The position numbers and the translations under genes were made by a program. A stretch of DNA of 64,000 bases from Enoplolaimus lenunculus (Eukaryota): assembly GCA_030248215.1 (NCBI GenBank), contig JASANG010001276.1, positions 124,001 through 188,000 on the forward strand, in the 5' to 3' direction. Under the pieces are notes generated by a model. That model ran no database searches. It saw only the letters and a program-made list of their open reading frames with translations, and was not told the DNA's origin. Shown piece after piece: positions 43,447 to 57,200 of the stretch. Position 1 is the stretch's first letter; every line of letters starts with the position of its first letter.

Positions 43447-46400
43447 TTATCGTAAAGAAGCGGTTCTTCGAGGCAACAATGCTGCTATATTAACTTTCAT
43501 TCGAGCGTCTACACAGTGCCGTCTTAACGATTCAACAATGCTTATTGACGTCCGGTTCCGGTACGTTGATCCATACAAAGATTGCGCTTTTGAACGCCGG
43601 TGATGTTGAATATACGCTTGATATATGTATAAAGCAAATAAGCAAATACCCTGTGCAGCGTTGATATAACCAAATAAATAATGAAATATGTTTGCTCCTG
43701 GCGTAATATTGGTTAAATAGCTAAACACCTAAAATTATAAATATCCATTTTAATACTTCTTGACACCTGGTTATATTATTTTTCAGTTGTCGGTTTGACG
43801 GTTGTTTTAAAACATATTATTTTATATTTCTTCTGTTTCTGTCCTTTACCACCAGCTCTAGGTTGGATTCGAAAATTTGAAAAATATATTTAACAGAAGC
43901 GGCAGTACTGTCTACCCTGCAAATAAAATGGTGAGTCAAATTGAGTTTCTCCGAAATAAGGCTCTACGAGACTACACAAACTCAGAGTCAAATTCGACTT
44001 CACCAGAGTCAAATTTGACACACTGAGTCGCACGTTTGACTCTGGCGGAGTCGAATTTGACCCAGTTTGTGTAGTCTCGTAGAGCCTATTTCGGAAAGAG
44101 TCAATTTGACTCACCATTTTTTGCAGTGTAGTATTCGTTGCATTATATACACAGAACATCAATTGATATAAAATACCAACACATTACACGCAAGTTTATC
44201 GTCACCGTTTGCCTATAAATTAAAGCGAATTCTGTCCTTGAAGCAGCAGTTTCACATTCTAAACGAACGCATCAATATTTGCTAATTTTTGTAGTAAAAG
44301 GGTGAACTACGGGTGGACTCGTATTTCGGACACTTTTCTGCCCGCGGGCGTATATACAAATAATGGAGGTTGAAGGAATACATTATCTCCGCAATTTCTA
44401 AAAAGACAGGAAACAAGCAATATTAATTTTTTTGAAATACCTTTTAGACCCTGAGTAGGAAACTTTTCATTTACATGCGATTATCCCCACCCGCAGTGAT
44501 GGATCAAAAAAATTCTGAAAAACAGACCAGGTTTTGGTCCCTGTTGGCAGGCCAAGACCGGGGCTTGCATCCCGTTGGATTCACCAGTGCTTTCTTGCGA
44601 AATTAAATCCTGATTACGTTCCTGTTGGCAGCTGAAATAGAAATATAAAATTTACCTACCCACGGTAAGCCCATGAGTAGTATCATTGCGGCCATAAGCG
44701 TTGCGTATTTTCCAATATCGAATTTAGCTGTTGTTCTTGTTGTTGTTGTTGACAGAGACGTTCGTTGGGTAAACTTAGTCAGCAGACTGTACCAAACCAA
44801 TACGAATAATGCAATATTAATTAATAAAATAGCCACAGTTGGTGTGATAATTGACCAAACTATAAGCTCAGGCCGAATCCAACAGCTGTAAAAATTGCAT
44901 ACAACAACGTTTTATTAAAGACATATTGTGTTAAAAGCACTGGTGAATATAGGCTGTATTCCAGGTTAGCCTAGCCTCCCAACTGAGACCAAATGCAACT
45001 TTTTATATTAAGGTTAGCACTATGATGGCATCTGGCTTCTTGCTCATAAGTTTTGCTCACTCGTACATTTCGCGCGGCTCCCTTTTCAGAAATTTATCGA
45101 ACCATTGTGCCCGTAAAACACAATTGAACCCAAAAAATTTCTATTGATTTTCATTCACAAATCCCTGTATAGCGTTGGCTGCACTGCATTATGTATACTT
45201 CCCAAGTATATAGCACTCGGTTCATTTTGCTATAAACTTGGTGTTCAAAACAAACTATAAATTATCGGAGCCCATGTATTAAAGATCATGAGCGGAACGT
45301 TTTTCTGTACACTGCAAAAAATGGTGAGTCAAATTGACTCTTTCTGAAATAGGGTTTTCCTGATTACACAAACTGAGTCAAAATTCGACTCCGCCAGAGT
45401 CAACTTCGACTCACTGAATCGCTCAGTGAGACCAATTTGACTCTGGCGGAGTCAAATTTGACTCAGTTTGTGTAGTCAGGAAATGCCTACTTCCAAGAGA
45501 GTTAATTTGACTCCCCATTTTTTACAGTGTAAGACTAGAATAGAGTAAGCTTAAGGTAATACTGTTCCGCCGATGTTCTTTACCTACATTGGCCATTATC
45601 GGTATAATTTTACAACAGAAGACAATAGAACGAGTCGATAGTTTTAGACGGGATCAGCACCCGTCGAAAATTGTTTACCCATTAAACAGATTGAAAACCT
45701 GAAAACTATTAAGCAACTGTTGATAGAACCAAGAGTGGATGATCACTCTTTATAACAAGAGTGTGCAACTGGGTAAATTCTGTGTATTAAAGAATGTACC
45801 CGGCACGAGTTGCGTTTTTGGCCTACCCTCCTTATTTGGGGGGGGGGGATCGTTGAACCAATATTTTGAATTTTAGCTAAAGTCGCTCCGATTATATTTT
45901 AACTCCTATGTCTACTATGTAGATTAAGTGGTGACTACCCCCCAAATCAGGGGGGTCGAGCAACAATGCAAGTGCCATGCACAGCCCAAGCAGTGCACAC
46001 TCTTCTGCAAGGTGGACATCATCCACTCTTGATAGAACCAATCACAGCTAAAATTGAGAGGAAACAGTTCTGTAAACATTGTACCCGAATACAAATTAAA
46101 TTAATACAGTGTAAACTGCCGTGTAGTTAATTTGGGAGATTGGATGTAAACAAATACTAAATAATAACGGAAATAGACACCGATTTCTACCGGAAACAGA
46201 TATCCAGTTACACGCTGGTGCATTACTTACAAGCCATCGTCTCGGCGATACAAGGATTTGCATGATCCGTAACATATACCGACAACAACGGCAGAAATAA
46301 CTACAAACAACAAATTTATAATTATTTTTTAATATTAATTCAATTTTTAAACTTTCATGAATTACTTAAACTCGCAATCAATATATATTTCCAGCAGATA

Positions 46401-48198
46401 TTCCTTACAAAATATTATTTTCAAAACTGAACGCTTTCGTAACCTGTGCCATTAAAATGTAACACTATTTTTAAAGTACACTTAACATTAAAAAACCTGC
46501 AAACAACCTATTTCCAGCGTTACAATCGGACGCTGATGCGTTTAAAGTAAAAACCGTTCAGTGAGCAACGTTGAGTTTTCAATGTAAAGCTGTCGAGCAG
46601 ATGTTATAAATTTCTAGTTATTGTTGGAATCATTGTTTCACAATCGTTGAAATTAAAATATCTTCAGAATAAAAAGCATGATTTTTACTCATGCCGATCC
46701 ATGTAGAAGCTTGTTTGTCAAGTCTAAGCTTAAACGTAAACCTAAATATAATCCTAATCGTATTCAGCGTAAACTTAAACCTCTCAGCCTCTCTGTCACA
46801 CATATTTGCCTGTGTATGAGTGGGCAGGTTCATATAAGGCAGTATTCCCAATTAAGTCTATACGCTTACCAGGGTACAACCGGAGGTCTGCCTCCGGAAC
46901 AGCGAAGTTAATTAAATCTGAAAAGGTTCTCATGGAAAAAAACGATGCCCTCATCAATTGGTTGCCGCTCCGGCTCTGGCATAAAATCGGCCTCTGGCTC
47001 TGGTAGATTTTTTGCCGGAGGTTCCGGCAATTACGGTATTAATATTTTGCAAAATTTATCTGTTTAGCGCGTTTCGTTAGACTCTTGCCACAATTTTCTG
47101 GAAACAATTTCGAAATTTCGCACCAAATTAGCGCATACCAAACAGCTGCTTAACCACATATTGCAGATATTGGCTATAATTGCTCCGGCTCCAGTTCCGG
47201 CAAGTTTCGCTGACCTCCGGCTCCGGTTCCGGCAAGTTTCGCTGACCTCCGGCTCCGGCTCCGGCTCCGGTATTTTTGTTACCTCCGGTTGCACCGTGAC
47301 ACTTACTATATACAACTACGGTCGAAAACAGCCCAAATCGGCTAATATTTAGTACTGAACAACGACGGTAAAAAATCAAATAGTAATTTCGTACAAAATG
47401 TACGCCACGAGCAGTACCAAACAGTAACACTGCAATAACAAGCCAATGAAGTACGGCAGCCGAAATGATACATTCAGTTGATGTTTGAGTCAAATATGAC
47501 TGTTTTGAAAGCAGTGTGTACGCCAAATAATACGCGAGCATAGTACAATAGAAGAACAACAATTGCAGTTTGCCTGAACTACTGTACGTTGCCCGATAGC
47601 GTGTTAGTTTGCGATTTCTGCAAAAACATAATATTTTGTGTGTACGATAATCAGCAAACAAATCACAAACAGGTCAATTTTGCAAACATTATTTTCCAAC
47701 TCAAACCACTTTGGTACGACCGCTCATCGGGAACGATAAACCGAACTCTAAAGAATATTTCGACGATATTGGTGTAAAGTTATATAACGCCAAATCGTGT
47801 GTTTCACTCAATGTATTAACTCTATAATTGCTCATTACGTATTTTACTTTGCAATAACAGACAACAACATCTATACCTATTACTTGTACAATAGTTACGA
47901 AATTTTTGAACAACAAGCACAAGCAGTTGGGGCTAACCCACGGCGTAATTACACCATGGACTAGCCCAATTCGGAATTGGTCTAAATTACGACTTGAACT
48001 ACGACATATATACCGATCTTTTGCCACAACAAGCAGTCGATGCACAGCTCTTACATAACTGGGTGATCACTCATTTACTGCAAAAAATAGTGAGTCAAAT
48101 TGACTCTCTCCAAAATAGGCTTTTCCTGACTACACAAACTGAGTCAAAATTCGACTCCGCCACAGTCAAATTCGATTGTGTAGTCAGTAAAAGCCTAT

Positions 48199-48285
<87 letters not shown>

Positions 48286-51200
48286 TGTGTGTGTGTGAAT
48301 TTGACTCTCATTTTTTTGCAGTGTTGGCATTGTCACAGCTGTACAGTCGATTACATGTACTGCTAGAAACAAAACCAAGTTTAAAGTATTAATTTTTCCC
48401 AAAAAACAAACCTAATTAAATTTGATATTGTAACGACAATAAGAACCAAAAGACAAACCATCGATATCAAAGTTATGATAAATGCCGACAATTCAAGATC
48501 AGGCGAACAGATGACGGCGTCATACGCATTGGTATCCTGTATATCAAAAACAACGGTTGTGAGGTTTAGGTTATGAAGATATTAAGTTGTTGTTCGATAC
48601 CTAAGCCTAAATGCATCTGTGCTGTGTGTCTCCGCGCTGCGGTACAAGTATTTGAAACAAATCATCAGACAAACAAACAATAACACAATAACATATCTAT
48701 ATATATTATCATTTTATGTTTATTGTGTTAGTGGAAAATAAAAATTATTCCGACAAAAATTGCCAAATATTTTCAAAAGTTTGCGCGGGGCAGGATACAC
48801 ATCCCCATCGACGCAATCTGTGCTCACATCCTGGGCCGCAATGAGCCTAAAATAAACGTCAGTGTTTCAATGACGTCATTCACCGTACCGTGGTTACATT
48901 TTATAATGAATCCCATGTTATATAATGCCCCTTGGCAGACCCCTAGCCAGTTCATCCCCTTGGCAGACCCGTAGCCAGTTCACCCCCTTGGCAGACCCGT
49001 AGCCAGTTCACCCCCTTGGCAGACCAGTAGCCAGTTCACCCCCTTGGCAGACCCGTAGCCAGTTCACCCCCTTGGCAGACCCGTAGCCAGTTCACCCCCT
49101 TGGCAGACCCGTAGGCAGTTCACCTTGCTAGGGGAAGCTAAAAAATTTTCAGAACAGGCATTCAAGGGTTTTTAATGAGTTACATGCAATGTTGAAAAAT
49201 TTCTAGGGGGGGGCAAGATTTTTCCAGGGGGGGGCGACCCCCCCCCCCTCGGCCCCTTCTCGGATACGAGCCCGCCCTTGGCCATTTTAAAAAACCCGAG
49301 GTGCATTGCAAAATGATACCGAACATCACTTTAAAATGCCCTAAAGTGACTGGGAAGCATCATAAAGTGCCCCCAAACATTCAGAATATTACTCTGAGAA
49401 CGATTCGTTACGAGTTTTAACCGTTTGCAACGTGATAACATGAATCCGTTTCCAATTGAAATAGACTTGGAGTCAAATCGTAATATAACTGAGACCACGG
49501 TATTGTATAATTTGCCTGCCAAATGAATATGGTTCTTTTTTGGTTATTGCACATAACCCATATTCCCTCAAAACTAGTCAGGTTTGGAAATTGTTTTGTA
49601 AGTTTAAGGACTTCCACATTTAAATTTCAATTTTTTTGTACCTTACCCATATTCCCTCAAAACTGGTCAGGTTTGGAAATTGTTTTACAAGTTTAAGGAC
49701 ATCCACATTTAAATTTCAATTTTTTTGTGCCTTCCCCATATTCCATTAAAACTGGTAAGGTTTGGAAATGGTTTGCGCAAATTTAAATCAGCAATGAAGG
49801 GTGACGGATGGCGGGTTAAAAATAAAAATTACAGTTCGTAATCGAATAACACGACGACCCTCTGGAGAGACCAAATAAATATCAGTCCCCGTGTTATTTG
49901 GGTTACTACAGTACTGTATGTTAAGTTTTATAAGTACACAAAAAAATCTATGAAAAGGTGCCGCAATGCAGTTTCGTCCTTTCAACAAGTACACAGCCAC
50001 CGCTCCACTGGTGCCAATTATGCGTGAAATATCGGCCGTCAAGAACGTACCAGTTTTAGCCAGTTGCGAAACCAAAACTCACCATTAACAGTGCATAATC
50101 AGTCATATGATTGCATTCGCATGTATACAATCCGCCATTATTTTGCAACAAATAACAACCTTCTGTACCCCACCGATACGCGAACATATCCCAATAACCG
50201 CAGCGTACTTTGCGATGCAAAGCATTATCCTGTAGAAATAACATTTTAATATTAATCGAACACCATTACTTTAAACGCACGTTACACCTTAACCCTTTCT
50301 CACATGAATATTTTCTATTTCCATTGAGACCTACTTTTATGCTAGGATTCTAACTCAAGTGACTGGAGTGGGAGGCGTATACCATCACCACTCAGCTATA
50401 GGAGCTTGACGCTCGAACCCGAAGGGGCTCTCACGTCTTGTGGTGATTTAGCACTATGTAAACGTGTTGCAATTGTTAAACACGGTGCGATATATACTAT
50501 TCAACGTATATACACTGCGCTGAGTTGCCTACAGGAAAGTCAATGTGAGAAGGGATTAATATAATAAATTACTACACAGTTGGATTTAAATGGCAGTTGC
50601 TTTTTTTCAATCAACACGCAACAGTCGATCGTGAAATTTGTAAACAAGGGCCCCGCCAATGGCATCCCTACAAGGGGGGCATAGATGGTCCGTGCCCCCC
50701 AAAATTTGGCTGGTGCCCCCAAATGGACTCGGTCTAAAAGTATTAAACAATCGTGAATTGCAATTATAGTGGCGCCCAACAATTGTTCGGTGCCACTCTG
50801 TAATATACTTTTTCGCGGACGCCCATAGGCCACTGTAGGTGGCTGTGCCACACTTAAACCTATTTCAAACTAAAAACTAAAACTAAAATAAAACCCTATA
50901 TCAAAACCACACCTTAAGGGAGTCCCTGGCTCCACCTAGTCTCTCTTAGAACTTAAGTTAGGCTTAGGCGTGGCTACAAAGCGTAGAAAATGTTAAAATC
51001 GATGCTATGGCGGCTGTGTCCGCAATGTCAAACTTACCTGGGCCCTGCGTGGCCGTATAATGTGGTTGAATATTGTTTTATATCGTGTGGGCCTATGCTG
51101 CGAATAACGACATAGCTAGGCTATGTCAGCACCAAAATGGTGCTTGATTATTGAGTGTCTCCGGCGTGTTGTTGTTGTTGTTGTTAGTACCGGATGTGTG

Positions 51201-54200
51201 GCTCTCGACCTCAACCGCATTGCGGACACCCAATTGTGGGTGTCGGCAAAAATGCAAATGAGGTCGAGATGCCGATTTGGGTAGCCAGGACCGGAATCAG
51301 TAATCTACTTCTGACTAGTTGAAATCGGTGCGCGAATTTACAATTATCGGCTTGTGTATTTCTGCAGTTTTTACGGTGTTTATTGCGAATCTCTTGGAAA
51401 GTAGCGGACTTGGGTAAGTAAGGCTTAGTCGAATTCGGTTAAGAATTGTCACGGAGGCTGAAGGATGTGAAGGAAATTACGGCATTACGGATTTTATTGG
51501 TGTTGCGCAGGGCGCAGGATCTACCCAGTATTGAATACTGGTGTTATGTGCTAAAAAGGAACTTGGGGTATTAAAGGAAACCTGGGAAAAAGTAGTCTAA
51601 TAAATCTAACGGGGTAAAGGAACTTGGGGTATTAAAGGAAACCTGGGAAAAAGTAGTCTAATAAATCTAACGGGGTTAGATTTGTTATTCTACAACGGCT
51701 GGGCCAAATCTAACGGGGTTGGATTGGTCGGAAATTTGGTGTAACTCTAACGGGGTTAGAGTACACGGTTTAACGGGGTGTAATTCTAACGGGGTTAGAA
51801 TTGCACGGATTCTGGAAAAACGGCAAAAGTATTGGGTACGGTAAAGCCAGTGGCTGGATTAAATCAGATTCAGACGTCGGCTTTAAGGATTCCGGCTCGG
51901 GTTACCAGTTAAATTGCATAACCTGTGATTTGCTGGCCTTAATTTTGGGTATTTTGTGTCCTACGGGTTGCGGGTACCAGTTAAATTGCATAACCTGTGA
52001 TTTGCTGGCCTTAATTTTGGGTATTTTGTGTCATACGGGTTGCGGGTTGGGATTTATAATAAACATTTACCGGCCGCGTTTTACTAAATCAGAGCGATAA
52101 GCATACATCGAGGAAAGAACTATACAGGCGATACAGGATACAGGCTTAAGTCAAAATCACGAACTTCTCACAGCCACGTGTGATATATCATATTAAGAAA
52201 CGGCCGCGAGCGAAACAAGCAATAAGCCAAACGTGATTTCAGTACTAAATATTAATGCAAAACTTTAATTTGTGATCCCTGTTTCGAGTATGGCCTGGAT
52301 GGAATCTTTGGAGCGGCCATTGTTGATTTGTGGTTTAAGGATTTTGGTAAAAGTTATGTTTAAAAGCAGCGATATTTTAGCTGTATCACATCAATCAACA
52401 ATAATCAACACTTCAAAATGTTTCTCAATATTATGATGATACTTAATGGAAAATAAGGCTACTTAATCAAAGTGCTTTATCGCTTGAAAAATGGTCATTT
52501 ATCAAAATTTAATAACTACATAAAATAACAAAGTTTTCGAAAATATAATGAACGATATGAAAGATATTAAATTTTATCTTTCGATCAAGTGGTGTTAAGC
52601 AAAAATATGTAGTCAGAAATGAAATTTTAAGGAAATTAAAAATTTTGAAAAATTCCAAGTTTTTTGGCGAATTTCAATTCAAAAAAGTATAATACCAGAC
52701 ACTTGCAAAACGACTAACCTGGTTTTCAGAGATTGCCATCATGGTAAGTTTGATTGACAGGTCTTGTGTTGGTGGTAAATGATTTACCCGTTGTGCGTTA
52801 TCATAATATGCTGAGTGATACCAAAAAATTGTCGTTGATGGAATAATTAAACTGTTCGCTTCTAACTTGCTGCCACATTTTCGATTGATCATCGACTGTG
52901 ACGGAAACAGAGCAGTCGAATTGAAAATTCGAAACGAATACCGAACAGTATCTGAAATTATTAACTCGGTATCTTACAAATTTAATAATTTCCATAACTG
53001 TGAACTATGTTTTGTGTTCAACTGATTTCGACACTGTCGGCCCAATGTAAAGAACAGAGGCGGAACAGTATTATAACCATATTCCAAAGCCTAAGCCTAA
53101 CCCTAAGCTTAAATCTAAGCGTAAGAATGAGCATATTCCTAAGCTTAAGCCTAAGCTTAAGCCAAGCAAAATAATCCGTCTACAGCTTTAAGCTTACTCT
53201 ATTCCTGTCCCACAGAAAAACTCTCCGCCGCTGATCTTTCCATGGACCCACTGGCCTATGCGACGCCTAATCCAGGCTTAACGCAATTATATTTTAGCGT
53301 CAAAAACATTAATATGGCTGTTTGATTTAAGCTTTGACATTTTGCCTTCGTTCATAGCTTGTCTATTACCTACAGCGTTTCTAGCTTATTCCAACATTAA
53401 TATTTTTTCCTGCATGTGAGTCCTTATTTTAAACTATGACACTTAAACCCTGTAAGCAATGGATGGAAAGCGCTTATCGCCACACATCTCACTCGAGTCT
53501 GAGTAACCGCTCGAGTCGGCAGATATTTTGTAATGCGCATACGCGTACTATACAAACTTCGCGTTATTCACTTGTTTTACAACATAATTCAATTGACGAT
53601 ATATATGCCAAAGCCATTGCAGACGACAAACGACCATATCAAATTTGAGTTATTATCCATTTCACTGTACAGGCATACGTTTCCCGAGAGACACAGACAG
53701 TTTGGTCCAACTTCTAAACAGCTTAAGCAGCAACTGTATGCTACCGATTTTAACTATAATTAATTAAACTAACATGAGGCAATAATAACCTTTAACCTTA
53801 TCTTCAAAACATGTCTTAAACAAAGTGGTATACGTTGGTACTAACGGTCTGCACGAACCCTGTTCGAAGTTTTGCCCATAGTTAATGACCACGCCGGGAA
53901 TCGAACCTCAGCCCTCTTGCGCTCGAGCCAAGCATGCTACCACTACACTCATTGCAACAACTTCTTATACCGGTATATGTGTACAGGCATGGCAACATTT
54001 GCTTTACACACCCCTGTTTGAAGTTTTGCCCATAGTTAATGACCACGCCGGGAATCGAACCTCGGCCCTCTTGCGCTCGAGCCAAGCATGCTACCACTAC
54101 ACTACGCGGTCATTGCAACAACTTCTTATACCGGTATATGTGCACAGGCATGGCAACATTTGTTTTACACACACGTGCACATATACCGACAGTATATAGT

Positions 54201-57200
54201 AAACTTTTCACCAGATTCATTAACACCGTGTTGTTCGCCATAACTCGCGCACAGAAGTCGAGATGGAATTTTGACCATTGCAATTAAATTGCTTTGAACG
54301 CCGTTATTGCTGTCACCATCGTCGTCGAATATCTGAACTACATTCGACTGATCATTGACTCCAAGTCCAGTCTGTACTTGCGCCGAAGTCGAACAACTCA
54401 TGTGTAACACGTCCATAGAAACTAGCGAAGATACGAATCGTACGCTAGCAGTATTGTTGTTTTTGTCAACTAACGGTAAATCCAACGCGGTAACAACGGT
54501 ATCTAACGATGTGAGAATGCTGAAAAATTAAAATCAATCTAACAACAACCCAGGAACCGTTGAAACAGTTTACGATTGAGAAACTAAAGTATTGTTATGG
54601 CGATAAGGTCGATTACCGTAATACAAAATTGTTATGATGCTGTACAAGTTTTTGGACAAGAGTAAGCGAACAAATCTATAAAAAAGCGTCGTCCGCTCCC
54701 ATTAGCTTTTTTTGTAGTTGTGGCAATGCTAAATGTAAAAACAACTTTTACACTTAAACCTTTTCTTATCAAACAGACGTGTCAAGATGTCCGCTAAATA
54801 CCGCAGGACGAAAACGACCAATCAGTGTTTTCACACCAAAAACTATTACGACAATCATTTTCGGTTAAACAATTTCTTATTCAGAAACACTCCTGTAATT
54901 AAATAGCGTTAGCATAAAGAGTTCGCAAGAGCATTGTTATAGAGAGGTTACGAAAATTTTTCTAACGTAGATATTCATTGTTTTTAATTTTCGACCAACA
55001 AAGATAAACCCACAGGAGACTGGCGCCTCCCGTGCACCCTGTAATTGCAATCGTGTCCAGGTATTTTTTCTAGTTGTAAAATTCGAGTCAACTACACATT
55101 TAAACCATAGATTCCAAATATACACTACAAAAAATACTGAGTCAAATTAACTCTCTCCAAAAGAGGCTTTTCTTGACTACCCAAACGGAGTCAAAATACA
55201 ACTCCGCCTGAGTCAAATTCGACTCAATTTGACTCTAGTGGAGTCGAATTTTGACTCAGTTTGTGTAATCAGGAAAAGTCTATTTCGTAGAGAGTCAATT
55301 TGATTCACCATTTTTTGCAGTGTAAACAACAGCGAATATTTGATTATTAAATTTTTACCGCGTTGATGACGAAAACGATTCTTCGGCAGCAGTTAGAGTT
55401 GACGCGTTTGACTGCAGGAGCAGATTTGTACTTTTCATAATATTGTCAAATACCTGGCAATGTGCGACAATGAAACGAAGCGACCAAAATCGCGTAATGG
55501 ACAAACATTGCGTTAATCGGCAAAGTTCTATTACATTACATATTGATGCTACATTGTCGGCCAATGTATAGAACAGGGCCGGAACAGTAGTATAAGCATA
55601 TTCCTACGCCTAAGCCTAAACCTAAGCCTATGCCTAAGCTTAAGCAAAAAAAAATTAGAATAAAGCTTAAACTGACTCGATTACAGTCCCGCGGGAAAAC
55701 GTTCTGACCCTGTTCTATACATGGGCCCTACGGTCAAATAGGTAGCGTTTCAATTCAAATATGTATTTAAATGGCAATAACCAAAATTTGTCCCATTAAC
55801 CTAAGACGCATGTAAATTTTGTACTTACAATAAAAGTATATGCTTTAGCAATAACAGAGCTGTCTGATATATACGTACCATTGCAGTTTTGGCCCATGTT
55901 ACTTCAAGGGGCGTCCAGGTTACAGGTGGGTCTATAAAAGAGTAGGTTTAGATTCTAGATTGCATTTTTTTTGCTTAGGCTTAGGCTAGGCTTAGGAACA
56001 CATTTTGGCATCGCTTAGGTTTAGGCTTAGAAACACATCTTTGCAAACGCTTAGGCTCAGGCATAGGTTTACGCTTAACCTACTCCCCTAAAAGTAACAC
56101 TGGCCGCAGTTTCCAACCTGCACCAACTTGACTCGTGCTTCAAAAAAGTTACCTTGCATTCAAAGCTCTATTATGCATCATAGGTGGAAAGTGAACAATT
56201 GCATACGCTTTAGCAACAACTGAGCAGAGTTATATAGGTACCATTGCAGTTTTCAACCCGAACCAACTTGACTCGTGCTCCAAAAAAATTACCTTGGATT
56301 CAATACCGAATACACTTGTTAACTTTTCAAATACCACTGAGCTATAGTATACATCACGGGTTGAAAGTGTGACGGTTTCGTTCAGTAGACTGTACAGTTG
56401 GCCGCTGATGTTGACTGCGTTGTCACGAGTCACAGTTTTCTGACAAAATTTGGACAATTGAGATATATAAATGCTCTCGAGCGATTATAACATTTTTCAA
56501 AGTAAAAATAATTAAACTTTCAAATGTGTTCCATTTTAAAGACCGAATTTACCGCTACACGTTCCACGATTTAGGACAAATTGGACGGAAATGTTTTGTT
56601 TTAATATTTTAGTTCACAATCATACGCCGCGGAAACCATATAACATGACGCTAAAGGTTGTTGATGCCTGCAAGAAATCTGCTTTCTGTCTCCGGTAACA
56701 GTTTCTTTTTATCAGACGGTTGCAGGTAAAGTAACACAGTTGTTCCAATTGCACTTTAGAAAAGTTCTTAAGGGCCTAAATCCCTCGTAATTCATAGATC
56801 GCTTATTTGACCAGCCGGATATACTAAGTTACTTTAATGGAATCGAAATATTTAGTATTTTGTAATCTAGACACCTACCAATTCAGACTCTAAAGCCCTA
56901 TTCACAAGTGCAAGTGTTTGCTGCGAGAACTTGCAGCTGCAACTTGCACTTTCCAGTTTTATCCGAAATATCGTTCGAAAAACTTGCAGCTGTAAATAAT
57001 TCATTAAAAATCATCGCTAGGAATGTAGTTCACATGTATGAATAACCAAGCAAGTTCAATGAATTTATTGCAGACGCTTTCTCATTGGCTGATGAAAAAA
57101 TGCAAGTTCTGCGTGCAATTTGTAGCTGCAAGTTCTCGCAGCAAAAACTTGCACGTGTAAATGGGGCTTTAGCTACACTTCTACTTGTTGACTCACAGAA

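Noticed and set aside
48928..49123. 28-bp repeat array resembling a CRISPR array
   Set aside because: The units are contiguous with no unique spacers, there are no cas genes, and the context is a eukaryotic intron. It is a minisatellite.
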